Below, one piece after another: positions 13,126 through 24,550 of a stretch of DNA of 64,000 nt. Location: positions 40,190,202 to 40,254,201 of the forward strand of contig NC_068984.1 of assembly GCF_001194135.2 (NCBI RefSeq), read 5' to 3'. The translations under genes and the position numbers were made by a program. Numbering within the stretch: the first letter of the stretch is position 1; the number at the start of each line of letters is the position of its first letter. Under the pieces are notes generated by a model. It ran no database searches. It was not told where the DNA came from and worked only from the letters and a program-made list of their open reading frames with translations. This DNA comes from Octopus bimaculoides. Its lineage: Eukaryota.

Positions 13126-16100
13126 NNNNNNNNNNNNNNNNNNNNNNNNNNNNNNNNNNNNNNNNNNNNNNNNNNNNNNNNNNNNNNNNNNNNNNNNNNN
13201 NNNNNNNNNNNNNNNNNNNNNNNNNNNNNNNNNNNNNNNNNNNNNNNNNNNNNNNNNNNNNNNNNNNNNNNNNNNNNNNNNNNNNNNNNNNNNNNNNNNN
13301 NNNNNNNNNNNNNNNNNNNNNNNNNNNNNNNNNNNNNNNNNNNNNNNNNNNNNNNNNNNNNNNNNNNNNNNNNNNNNNNNNNNNNNNNNNNNNNNNNNNN
13401 NNNNNNNNNNNNNNNNNNNNNNNNNNNNNNNNNNNNNNNNNNNNNNNNNNNNNNNNNNNNNNNNNNNNNNNNNNNNNNNNNNNNNNNNNNNNNNNNNNNN
13501 NNNNNNNNNNNNNNNNNNNNNNNNNNNNNNNNNNNNNNNNNNNNNNNNNNNNNNNNNNNNNNNNNNNNNNNNNNNNNNNNNNNNNNNNNNNNNNNNNNNN
13601 NNNNNNNNNNNNNNNNNNNNNNNNNNNNNNNNNNNNNNNNNNNNNNNNNNNNNNNNNNNNNNNNNNNATATATATATATATATATATATATAAAATTTTG
13701 ATATGTGTGTGTATGTATGTATCTATATATATATATATTTGAATTTTATACGCACACACTCACACGTATATATTTGGTAGATTAATGTTAATAGAAAACA
13801 AAGATTAGCACAGATTGAAGCCTTAGCTTTGAGTAAATAAGACACACACAAACACCCACCACGTCATTTCACCACAATGGTTAATTAGAAACAAATTTTA
13901 AAGAACTTTTGAGAAAACATATATGTTTTATCTGAATGCTTCTAAAGAAATGAAGGGTATAGTGTTTCTTGGCAGCAGAAGAAAGTTACAGGTATGGAGC
14001 TAAGATTACAGTAGTGTTATCTGAATTAAATAAGTGACGAAAGAAAGATTATCTGCCAGTGGGTAAGATCTATTAGATTAGTAACCAATGTGTATGACTG
14101 CAGTTGTGAAAAAGAAGAGGAATTTTTGAATGTCTTAGTACTGATTTTCTTGTATTGATTTCATGCAGTGATAAAAAGTTTGATAAGTGTCTCTGTTTGC
14201 TTTACAACAAACCTACATTTATTTGTTATGTTTGTAGCTTTCAGAACAATGGAGAATATAAATGGATATACCAAAGAGAATTCTATTTTCTGTTTTATTT
14301 TTTATTTTTATTTCCTTATTTGAATGGGTTCAGGCACAACAAACATTTATTGCTTGGGCTAAATTGCATGGAACTGGCAAAGTCTTATCTCTAGAGAGAT
14401 ATAAAGAATGAAATAGTTTGAAGACAGATGTAGCTTTAGTTTTCTTGGTTATGAAGTGTATACTGGTAATGATGCAGTTGTTGGAGAAGATGTTAAATGC
14501 AGATGTAGATGTGATGCAGACCTTCCCTATTCGTGTTGGCATTTTATTTTCTATTAGATACAAGTTAGATTTAACTATCCAGCCCCCAAATCAACCTTGT
14601 TCAAATACATCTTTTTTTAGAGTTAGATGGACAATATTATCTCATGCACTCTTTTTTTTTTGTTCAAGACAGTAGAGTATTTGAAGGAAATTTGGCTATG
14701 ATTTCTAGGAAGTTGTTAAATCCTTTAGAGGCTTCATTGTTAGCTCCAACAAGTTGAATATTCATTGTGGAGGTGGTTTGCGTATGTTTTCTTTATAATC
14801 TAAGAGATAGAGCATTAGATAAAATTACAATAAACTGTAGGAGGATTTTTCCAGATATGACTAATTGTTGATGTGCATTGTTAAATAAAAGGTATGCTAA
14901 ATCTACAATGTCATTGTTTCCTTGGTGTAGTTATTTTATTTTCACTTAAATTCTTAATGCCTTTGGGAAAATTTCTTAATTGATGGATACGCCTGATTAT
15001 GAGAAGTCAAGCAAGTGATTCTCTTATGCTTGTGTGAGATAAATAAAATATCGATTGATTAGTCTAAACAATGCCAACATGATAAAATAGGCGAGAAAAT
15101 AGGAATAATGATCATCTTGGTGGAAAAGAGAATGTGTGGAGAGTAAAATTATTTGAATGTGATTAATATTTTATTTTTTAATGGGTTTCTTTATGTCTGG
15201 AGATAGTTACACAAAGCAGAAGCATAGATATGCAAATTAACCATATTTTTCTTTTTCTTTTTTTTTCAGAATAGGATATTAGGTGAAGAATACAGTATTT
15301 GTGTTGCTATTTAATTGTAAATTATATATATCTGAAAAGATGCTATTATTTTTTCTTATTTTCCCTTGAGAAATAGACAATATTTGGCAAGAATAGCATT
15401 GATTGTTATGAGAATGATGATAGTGGGCTGGTTAAATAAATATTGATTTTTGTTGATATTATATGTAGCAAATGATTATATTCTTGAGAAATATAGTAGA
15501 AGGTATGAATGATGGATATGATAACCAATTAGATTAAAAATACTATGGTTAAAGTTTTCAGTGACTATGGTCAGTGCATTAAAAAAAAATGACTTGATAC
15601 ACTGACAAAGGATGAGACTTATTCAATTTGAGGACATTAAAATGTGACCTATTTTCTTTATAAACATGTTAGAAACAGAACAGCATTGACCAAATTCAAA
15701 CCACCACCCCTTTGATTACTGAAAGCACATCTTTATTTGTTACAGTTATCATAAACCAACCGATAAGTCTTGACTAAATAAATGGAGAATATCTGCTAGG
15801 TTTGCTACAGTAGCTTAGCTCAGTGAACTTAAAGCATTATGAAACTCTAAGGTGCTTCAGATTTTGGGATTTGCTATGAAGCAATACAGTTCTTGACATG
15901 AAGTATTTTCAACTGGGAATTGAATTTTGGTTCCTGATAGCGTGAACAACAATAGGAATTGAAGATCTTGTTGGAGTTATATATTTGAGAATGTGCAGTA
16001 GCAGCAAGGGTGTAGTTGTATTAGCAGCAGCAGTAATAGAAGCAATAGCAGTAGTAGTAGAAGTAGCAGCAATTTGACAATTCTGCTAATTTCCACATTT

Positions 16101-16166
16101 TTATATACAAAAGGCAATAGAAGCAGCAGCAACTTTCTGGAAAGATTATCTAAACTGTTAGTAAGT

Positions 16167-16704
16167 AGACGCAGGAGTGGCTGTGTGGTAAGTAGCTTGC
16201 TTATCAACCACATGGTTCCGGGTACAGTCCCACTGCGTGGCACCTTGGACAGGTGTCTTCTACTTTAGCTTTGGGCCGACCAAAGCCTTGTGAGTGGATT
16301 TGGTAGACGGAAACTGAAAGAAGCCCGTCATATGTATGTATATATATATATGGTGTTAGGAAGGGCATCCAGCTGTAGAAACTCTGCCAAATTTAGATTG
16401 GAGCCTGGTGTTGCCATCCGGTTTCACCAGTCCTCAGTCAAGTCGTCCAACCCATGCTACCATGGAAAGCGGACGTATGTGTGTGTGTGTATATATATGT
16501 GTGTGTGTGTGTTTATCCCCCAATATCGCTTGACAACCGATGCTGGTGTGCTTGCATCCCCGTCACTTAGTGGTTCGGTAAAACAGAATGATAGAATAAG
16601 AACTAGGCTTACAAATAGTAAGTCCTGGGGTTGATTTCTTTGACTAAAGGCGGTGCTCCAGCATGGCTGCAGTCAAATGACTGAAACAAGTAAAAGAGTA
16701 AGTA
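16167..16704 (+). mobile_element. Full-length bipartite tRNA-SINE with an RTE 3'-end fragment (about 16350-16475) nested in its microsatellite linker
   Basis: Head gcaggagtggctgtgtggtaag..ggttccgggtacagtccc. Tail ggcggtgctccagcatggctgcagtcaaatgactgaaacaagtaaaag. Candidate 8-bp direct repeat AGTAAGTA at 16160-16167 and 16697-16704. Confidence 0.8.
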
Positions 16705-16959
16705 CTGATTATTTGGTAAATTGATATTTTTTTTTTAGAATTATAGGTAATTTGTTTCAAATCTTAATCATACCATTTTGCTGATCTTATACTGTTGAGT
16801 AAGATAGCTGTAGTTTGAAACTGACTTGATATTGTACTTAGCACAAAGGGTTTATTTTAAATATTTGTTTTCTAAAGTATAATCAAATAAAATATGTTAA
16901 AGAAGTTCAAGAATTGCTATAAATGTGACAGGCATTACAAGATGGCTTTAAGTTTCTTT

Positions 16960-17440
16960 TCGAAAGCTGTGCCTGGGACCATTTTTTGATTATGATTGGA
17001 AACATTTTATTCGATGAAGATTTTTGTTTGCTTGTGTATGGAAGAACGGGCAGTGCTCATGATCTTTGCAGGTCCCCTGACACTTGTGAGCTTGATGCTG
17101 TTAATGTGCCATTAAAACTGTTGCAGATCAATATTCGCCAGAAGGACATGAGTGGGGAAAAGATTCCAGACGGTCTATGTTCTGGAGGGGAAGGATTGGA
17201 CACAGTAATTAATGTGAGGCCTGGGAGTGGGGTGGTGGTGGTTGGATGCAGTGATGGTGAAGAGTAGTGGAGAGATGAGTGTGTTGCAGCTGCTTGAGTG
17301 GTGTAGGTATGACATCAACTACTTCAAGGCACAGACCATAATAGTAGTATTAGGAAAGAAAGAGGACACAGCTCACATGTTAATAATTAAAAACCAATCA
17401 GTTAAGTGGCCATTCTCTGGATGGTCAATGATAGAATGCT
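16960..17440 (-). mobile_element. Possible highly decayed Penelope-like element (RT-to-GIY-YIG linker)
   Basis: Frameshifted fragments HHPTPRPHI.., LQNIDRLESFP, PLMSFWR, GTC..C PFF and NGPRHSF loosely follow the PLE order YHP..LQ.D...IFP..PLISFRR..GTFPC..GPK.SF. Weak. Confidence 0.25.
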
Positions 17441-17574
17441 AGTCAGTTGATTGCTGGTGGCGGCTGTAATCTCCATATTCTTTTATTCTTTTATTCTTTT
17501 ATTTGTTTCAGCCACTTGATTGCGGCCATGCTGGAGCACTCTCTTGAAGGGAATTATTTTTTTGTGTCTCTGCC

Positions 17575-17614
<40 letters not shown>

Positions 17615-18480
17615 NNNNNNNNNNNNNNNNNNNNNNNNNNNNNNNNNNNNNNNNNNNNNNNNNNNNNNNNNNNNNNNNNNNNNNNNNNNNNNNNNNNNNN
17701 NNNNNNNNNNNNNNNNNNNNNNNNNNNNNNNNNNNNNNNNNNNNNNNNNNNNNNNNNNNNNNNNNNNNNNNNNNNNNNNNNNNNNNNNNNNNNNNNNNNN
17801 NNNNNNNNNNNNNNNNNNNNNNNNNNNNNNNNNNNNNNNNNNNNNNNNNNNNNNNNNNNNNNNNNNNNNNNNNNNNNNNNNNNNNNNNNNNNNNNNNNNN
17901 NNNNNNNNNNNNNNNNNNNNNNNNNNNNNNNNNNNNNNNNNNNNNNNNNNNNNNNNNNNNNNNNNNNNNNNNNNNNNNNNNNNNNNNNNNNNNNNNNNNN
18001 NNNNNNNNNNNNNNNNNNNNNNNNNNNNNNNNNNNNNNNNNNNNNNNNNNNNNNNNNNNNNNNNNNNNNNNNNNNNNNNNNNNNNNNNNNNNNNNNNNNN
18101 NNNNNNNNNNNNNNNNNNNNNNNNNNNNNNNNNNNNNNNNNNNNNNNNNNNNNNNNNNNNNNNNNNNNNNNNNNNNNNNNNNNNNNNNNNNNNNNNNNNN
18201 NNNNNNNNNNNNNNNNNNNNNNNNNNNNNNNNNNNNNNNNNNNNNNNNNNNNNNNNNNNNNNNNNNNNNNNNNNNNNNNNNNNNNNNNNNNNNNNNNNNN
18301 NNNNNNNNNNNNNNNNNNNNNNNNNNNNNNNNNNNNNNNNNNNNNNNNNNNNNNNNNNNNNNNNNNNNNNNTCTGTATATATATATATATGTGTAAAAGG
18401 TTGAAGAGGAACACACGAGTAGATATATATGGGAAAAAGACAAAGTAGAAAATGCTAAAATACTTTTATAAAGAACATTA

Positions 18481-18520
18481 CAGAACTGGTTTCGATCCTT
18501 GAGATCTTTTCAACAGTAAA
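18481..18520 (-). ncRNA. Possible hammerhead-like motif in a third repeat (family C)
   Basis: The minus strand reads uuuaCUGUUGAaaaGAUC-ucaag-GAUC-GAAACcaguucug. Stem II and GAAAC are present. Stems I and III are not convincingly resolved. Confidence 0.3.
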
Positions 18521-18759
18521 TATGAATAATAAATTTTTGAAAAATTAAATTTTGGTAAATTTAAAAGAAAAGTCTTTTTAAAGACATATTTGAGCCTGGT
18601 GTAGCCATCTGGTTTCACCAGTTCTCAGTCAAATCGTCCAACCCATGCTAGCATGGAAAGCGGACGTTAAACGATGATGATGATGATGATGATTTGTATA
18701 GTATTCAAATAACAGGGGCATTTTTCTTGTTTCTGCCTGTCTCTGTTTCATCTGTTAAC

Positions 18760-19480
18760 TCTTGTGGGTTCGAACCCACACTCTTCGATTAATCTCTCAT
18801 ACTTCCTCTCATTCCGTTGCTCTGCATTAGCGATGTTCTCTTCCCATGGCACTGTCACCACTAGCAAAGCTCCAGTTTTTCATTCTGTGTTCCATGGGAT
18901 TAAGTCTGGTCTTTTTTATGAGTGGAAATATTAACAATCTTTCCAAATTCATGGCCAGCTCCCAGTATCCCTTCCATCTTTCATCTGTCTCGTATACTTT
19001 TTTTGAAGGCCTGGTCTTATGTTCTTTTCCCTCCTCCTGGAAGTATATCTTTCCCCACTTTTCCACTTTTGGGTACTCTCCCCTATTATATCCCTTGATC
19101 TTCTCCTTGAGTGCTGTGCTTATGACACCAAGGACTTGATTGTGACGCCATGTATATCTGTTTAGTGTTAGCCTGTAGTTTGACAAAACATGTCTTACTG
19201 TTGCTTTCTCTCCGCATCTACATTCATCAGTCCTTTGTATGTTCCACCGGACTAAATTGGCCGATGAAGGCAAAACATCGAAGGTAGACTTGATCAGGGA
19301 GGATGTTCTTGCTTGTTCCCAAGCCCAAAGTTCCGTCCATGAGATTCTGCGACTGACCACATATTCCTCCCATCTCAGGCACTGTCCCTGTTGACTACAT
19401 TGCACTAAATGTACATTTTGCCCTTCTTTTTCTTCCTTTCTCACTTCATGTACCACTGCCTCTTTCATCCCTTTTACATT
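18760..19480 (-). mobile_element. RLE-type (HERO/NeSL-like) non-LTR retrotransposon remnant: zinc-knuckle plus restriction-like endonuclease
   Basis: The ORF at 18827-19468 has STFDVLPSSANLVRW, C-x-C..HVLSN and RYTWRHNQVL. After a frameshift another frame gives KRPDLIPW...VTVPWEENIANAEQRNERKYERLIEEC, i.e. the RPD..E.TVPWE..RK..KY RLE motif. Confidence 0.85.
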
Positions 19481-20439
19481 ATATTCTTCGATGATTGATG
19501 TTATAAGTTGTTGCAGTGCAGGTTTTCTATATAGTGCAGTTGTATTCAGAAGAACCTGTTGGGTCAGATGGCTTACAGTGTTTACACTAAAGTGTACTGC
19601 TTTAGAGCAAGTTCAATTTACACTATAGCCAAGCTTATATTTTACTCTCAGTGAAATAAGTTCTATTAATATATTGCTGCTGCTGCTGTTGCTTCTTTTT
19701 TTTGTTTGTTGTTGTTGCTGCTACTACTACTACTACTACTACATTTTCTTTTCTTTTCTTTATTGTTTCCTTGATCCTCCAACTACAAAATGATTGCTAG
19801 TATTATTAGAGAAACAAAACTATAATCAGTAAACTGATCGATAACTTGTTAGGAATATCCAAAAATCTGAGATCAATGTTTTCATTACTCTGCTATAATG
19901 TCATATCAGTCTATTAAATTGTCTATGTAAATAAGCCTTCATCTGTGTATTGATCCTCACGTTTCATCTGTTTGGTAAATATTAGTAAATTTCAGTTTAT
20001 GTGAATGTAAATTGAAATGTTATTCATTCTTTTCTGCTTGAGTTTATGGTTTTAGTGTTATACAATTCAGCTAAATGATACATGCTTGACTTGTTGGAAT
20101 CTTCAAAGGATGTTTAATTTGGTTATTGATTATTAATTTTAATGTACTGTAGCTAAGCACCATAGAATTAGAAAGATAAGCTTTTGGAAAACCAAGTTTG
20201 TGTGATTTGGTTTTGGTTTCTAGTTGAAACTATACGACTCCCCTTGCAACATCAATACTCTTTGGAAAGAAATGAATGTCACACCATACCATTACAATTT
20301 CTTTGCAAATCTGGGATCTTGTGCCAAGTGAAAAGGAAGTCAATTTTAATGTTATCAAACTTGGTTTTCTAAATCTAAATGCACACTCTTCTAACTTGAA
20401 AGATTTTAAAATTAGCTAGCTGAAACAGGTTAAACTAAA

Positions 20440-21174
20440 TACATGTATAATATTGATTTCAAAGAGAAAAACAACTTGTTTTAAATCTCTGAGTGAGAAA
20501 TATGCAGTAACAGTACCAAATAGTAAAGTTTATTTGCGAACATAATGAGGCAGTCCTATATTAGAATGATGTTACTGTCTTTTAGCCCCAGGAAAGCATC
20601 TTTTCCAGTTGGCTACTGGCACACAGACTGTGCCCATATAGTCTATGCAAGGTAGGTCATCACTCCCATCTTTAGTTTTACATGATTCTCACAGACCTAG
20701 GTTTCTGGGTGGTTACCTTTTCTCAGTGTGAGTTAATCACCAGTTAGTGATGAAGGCTCCCTCCACTTGCAAATACTATATATTTTTCAAGTGACACAGC
20801 TGCCGATCTTGTAAAGAGAAAAACAACTTGTTTTAAATCTCTGAGCAAGAGATATGCAGTAACAGTACTGAATAGTAAAGTTTATTTGCCAACATAATGT
20901 GGCAGTCCTATATAAGGACGATGTTACTGTCTTTTAAGCCTCAGGAAAATATCTTTTCCAGTTGGCTACTGGCATACAAGTTAGAGATGGGAGTGATGAC
21001 CTCCCTTGCATATACTATACGGGCATAGACTGTGTGCTGGTAGCCAACTGGAAAAGATGTTTTCTTGGGGCTGAAAGACAGTAGCATCATCCTTATATAG
21101 GACTGCCACATTATGTTGGCAAATAAACTTTACTATTGATTTCAAATTTATACATGTATAACATTGGTTTCAAA
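20440..21174. repeat. Triplicated ~160-220 bp unit with fold-back (two direct copies and one inverted copy)
   Basis: Copy 1 at about 20461-20680 (+), copy 2 at about 20813-20977 (+), copy 3 at about 20984-21139 (-). The block is bracketed by a 24-bp direct repeat with 2 mismatches (20440-20463 and 21151-21174). Confidence 0.85.
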
Positions 21175-21619
21175 TTTAGGCACAAAGCCAGTAATTTCTG
21201 GGGTTTGGAGTTAGTGGATTACATTGTTCACAGGTATTTATTTTATTGACTCCTGAAAGGATGAAAGACGAAGTCAACCTCAGCAGAATTTGAACTCAGA
21301 ACATAAAGACAGACAAAATGCTGCTAAACATTTTGCCGAGCATGGTAACAATTCTGCCAGTTTGCTACCTTAAATACATTTATAATATCAATCATTCCCT
21401 GGCCATATTTATAAAGAAATCTGTAAGTTTCTACAAATTCTTCAAGTCTATAAGTTTCAATTAATTTTAAAACAATCAAGGATTTGGATTGGTTTAGTAA
21501 AATAAGTAACTTTTGTCAAAAAGGTCAACTAAACTCTGAAAAAAGTAGTCATTAAATCTTTTACATATTGGTAATTGTCTTGGTTTTCATTATATATAGT
21601 TTAGAAGTTTGTATAGGTA

Positions 21620-21777
21620 CAGATGTGGCTGTGAAGAAAGAAGCTTGCTTCCCAACCTCATGGTTCTGGGTTCAATCCCTCTGTGTGGCACCTCGGACAA
21701 GTGCCTTCTACTATAGCCTTGGGCCAACTAAAGCCTTGTGAGTGGATTTGGAAGATGGAAATTGAAAGAAGCCTGTC

Positions 21778-21810
<33 letters not shown>
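21620..21810 (+). mobile_element. tRNA-SINE head followed by (TA)n
   Basis: Same head family as 16167. Further heads at about 11470, 34370, 51180, 55600 (+) and 60190-60340 (-). Confidence 0.75.
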
Positions 21811-21815
<5 letters not shown>

Positions 21816-22597
21816 AAAATCTTCTCTTTTCCTTCCCTTTGCACCACATGAGCTCAACTCACTGCCTATCTTCATCTGACACCAACCTCACCTCCTCTCT
21901 TCATTTGACACAAAGCCCACACCACTCCACGCACACTAACACTGACCACTTCTCAGCACCCACACCACATACCTTCATCCACACACTCACACTCTTCAAT
22001 AGTGTCACCACACATACCACTATATGAGCATCCACACACACTATTTAACTCAGTACACACACCACACACCCTCTCCCACATCCACACAAGTACATAATAC
22101 TCGAACACAGACAATATATGCATATGCAACACACATTAACACATGCAACATACAAAACCAAAGATAACTTTCGCCCACATACATACACCATATGCATGCA
22201 CAGTTTGGTCAGACACACACACACACATGCGAAAAGGCACACATCAACTGTTACACACAACACACACACACACGCATGTGTTACACACATGCACTCACAC
22301 ATGTCATAGACACTCGCCCTTATTCCACACATACACACACACTCACCCATGTCAGAGTCCCTTGCCCCTATTTCACACATACACACACACTCACACACCA
22401 CTCTCACATACATACACATGCACATGAACGTTCTCTTATTGGGATCACTAGCACTATTATTATCTCCCTTTCATTCAACCTCTTTTTTTATTATTATCTC
22501 CCTTTCTTTCAACCACTTTATTTGCAATCATTCACCATGTTTGATTGCTGAACTCCACACGTTTTTTTATTCTCTCTTTGTTTATTTTCTCTTATTC

Positions 22598-22633
22598 CTT
22601 TCTGTTGAAGAGCATAGGCTCAAAACGTAAAAG
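22598..22633 (+). ncRNA. Degenerate hammerhead motif (family A copy 2)
   Basis: CUUU-CUGUUGA-A-GAGC-auag-GCUC-AAAAC-GUA-AAAG. Same architecture as copy 1 with core changes A6U and G12A. Confidence 0.55.
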
Positions 22634-22835
22634 ACTTTCATTTTTCCTGAGCGTCAAACTAATACACTTGTTTGTTGTTCATACACCTGTCTTCATCTTT
22701 TGTTTTTGTATAAATTTGAACTATCTCCCCTTCTTCCTAGCTCTCCTGTGTGACCCCTCTGTCCAGCATTCGCCATGATAGATCACTAGCCACTATACCT
22801 TTTTCTATTTTCTCTCCCTGTTTATTTCTGTGTTC

Positions 22836-22871
22836 CTTTCTGTCGAAGAGTGTAGGCTCGAAACGTAAAAG
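22836..22871 (+). ncRNA. Hammerhead motif with variant core (family A copy 3)
   Basis: CUUU-CUGUCGA-A-GAGU-guag-GCUC-GAAAC-GUA-AAAG. Only A6U deviates from the canonical CUGANGA/GAAA core. Confidence 0.6.
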
Positions 22872-23715
22872 ACTTTCTCACATCCTGAGTGTTAAACTAA
22901 TACATCTGTTTGTTGTTTACACATCCTTCTTCGGCTTTTGTTTTTTTTTTAATTCTCACTATATATTTATGTGTGTGTGTGTGTGTGTGTGTGTGTATCT
23001 GTGTTTGTCTTTCTGCCATAGCTTGACAACTGATGCTGGTGTGTTTATGTCGCAGTAACTTAGCAGTTTGGCAATAAAAAAAAAAACCCCAATAGAATAA
23101 GTACTAGGCTTACAAAGAACACGTCCTGGTCTCAATTTCTTTGACTAAAACCCTTTAAGGTGGTGCTCCAGCATGGCCGCAGTCAAATGACTGAAATGAG
23201 TAAAAGAATATAAGAAAATAATAATTCTAGTAAATGGTCATTACAAATTATAGTGTAATTTTAAACAGCTCTAATACTATGGCAGGTTCTATAATGTATG
23301 AGGACAACAGTAGCATCTTGCATCCATTTGATTTTTGCTTTTTCAATATGTAGCTTTTTGTAGATAGTCTTCTATGCTGGATTGTCAATTTGAGATTTTG
23401 CAGCTGCAGTCATCCATTCATTGTGTCTGATGCTGAAGGCATTTAGGTCAGTTTCCAGGAAATCTTTGTAATGGGATGTTAGATACCAGTGACTGTATTG
23501 TGTGAAACCAATTAGTAGTAATGTATGTTGTTTGGTTGGTTTCTATTGCAGAGAACAGTGCAATGACAAATTATAACATTAATAAATTACAATGCATTGC
23601 TGTGATATATTACAAATATCTTGTATCTTGTAATTATTTCAGTCATTAGACTGTGGCCATGCTAGGCCACCATAAAATATTTTGTATGCAACCTTATATT
23701 TCATTTATTTTTATT

Positions 23716-23760
<45 letters not shown>

Positions 23761-24227
23761 TGTGAATTTGCTATCATTTCTTTTTTCATCCTTTTCTTAA
23801 TTCTTTTACTTTTCTTTGGTAAAGAGGGTAACCATAGATCTGTTTCTTTGTCTTTTCATTTGGCGTATTTATTTCTACTGTATACACTCTTTGGTGTTTG
23901 TCCCTTCAGTTTGTTTTTCTAAATTTTTCTCATCATAAGCTTTACTTGCCCTACCTCATATATTGTTATATTATTATTATTTATGTGTTTATCTCCTCAT
24001 TATCTAGTAATCATCCTGATTTTACTTGCAATTTTTTTCTGTTCATCCACCTGTCTATCCATAATGTTTCCATTTACCACAACATACAATGTTGGTTAAG
24101 AATCTATAGATATGCTCCATAGTGCATTTTAGTAACAGAATAAAATACTGTTAACACATCAGTAACTTAATATTTGAACTAGTTGCCAGGAAGATGTCAG
24201 GTACACAAATTCATATATTCAATTTAG

Positions 24228-24550
24228 TGGCACTCTGTTGACTACGATGATGAGGGTTCCAGTTAATATGATCAACGGAACAACCTGCTCATGAAATTAG
24301 CATGCAAGTGGCTGAGCACTCCACAGACACATGTACCCTTAATGTAAATCTCAGGGAGATTCAGCATGATACAGAATGTGACAAGGCTGGCCCTTTGAAA
24401 TACCGGTACTATTCATTTTTGCCAGCTGAGTGAATTGGAACAACATGAAAATAAAGTGTCTTGCTCAAGGTCACAACACGCTGCCAGGAATTGAACTCAC
24501 GACCTTACGATCATGAGCTGAATACCCTAACCACTAAGCCACATGCCTTC
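24228..24550 (-). mobile_element. Different tRNA-derived SINE family
   Basis: The minus strand starts gtgaaggcatgTGGCTTAGTGGttagggtattc...GAGTTCAATTCCtggcagcgtgttgtgaccttgagcaagacact: A box, B box and a CORE-like ccttgagcaag. Confidence 0.75.

Larger units (their letters stand above)
22447..22965 (+). mobile_element. Tandem pair of family A hammerhead-bearing repeats
   Basis: Two diverged head-to-tail copies (about 22447-22722 and 22780-22965) with hammerhead cores 238 bp apart. Confidence 0.65.
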
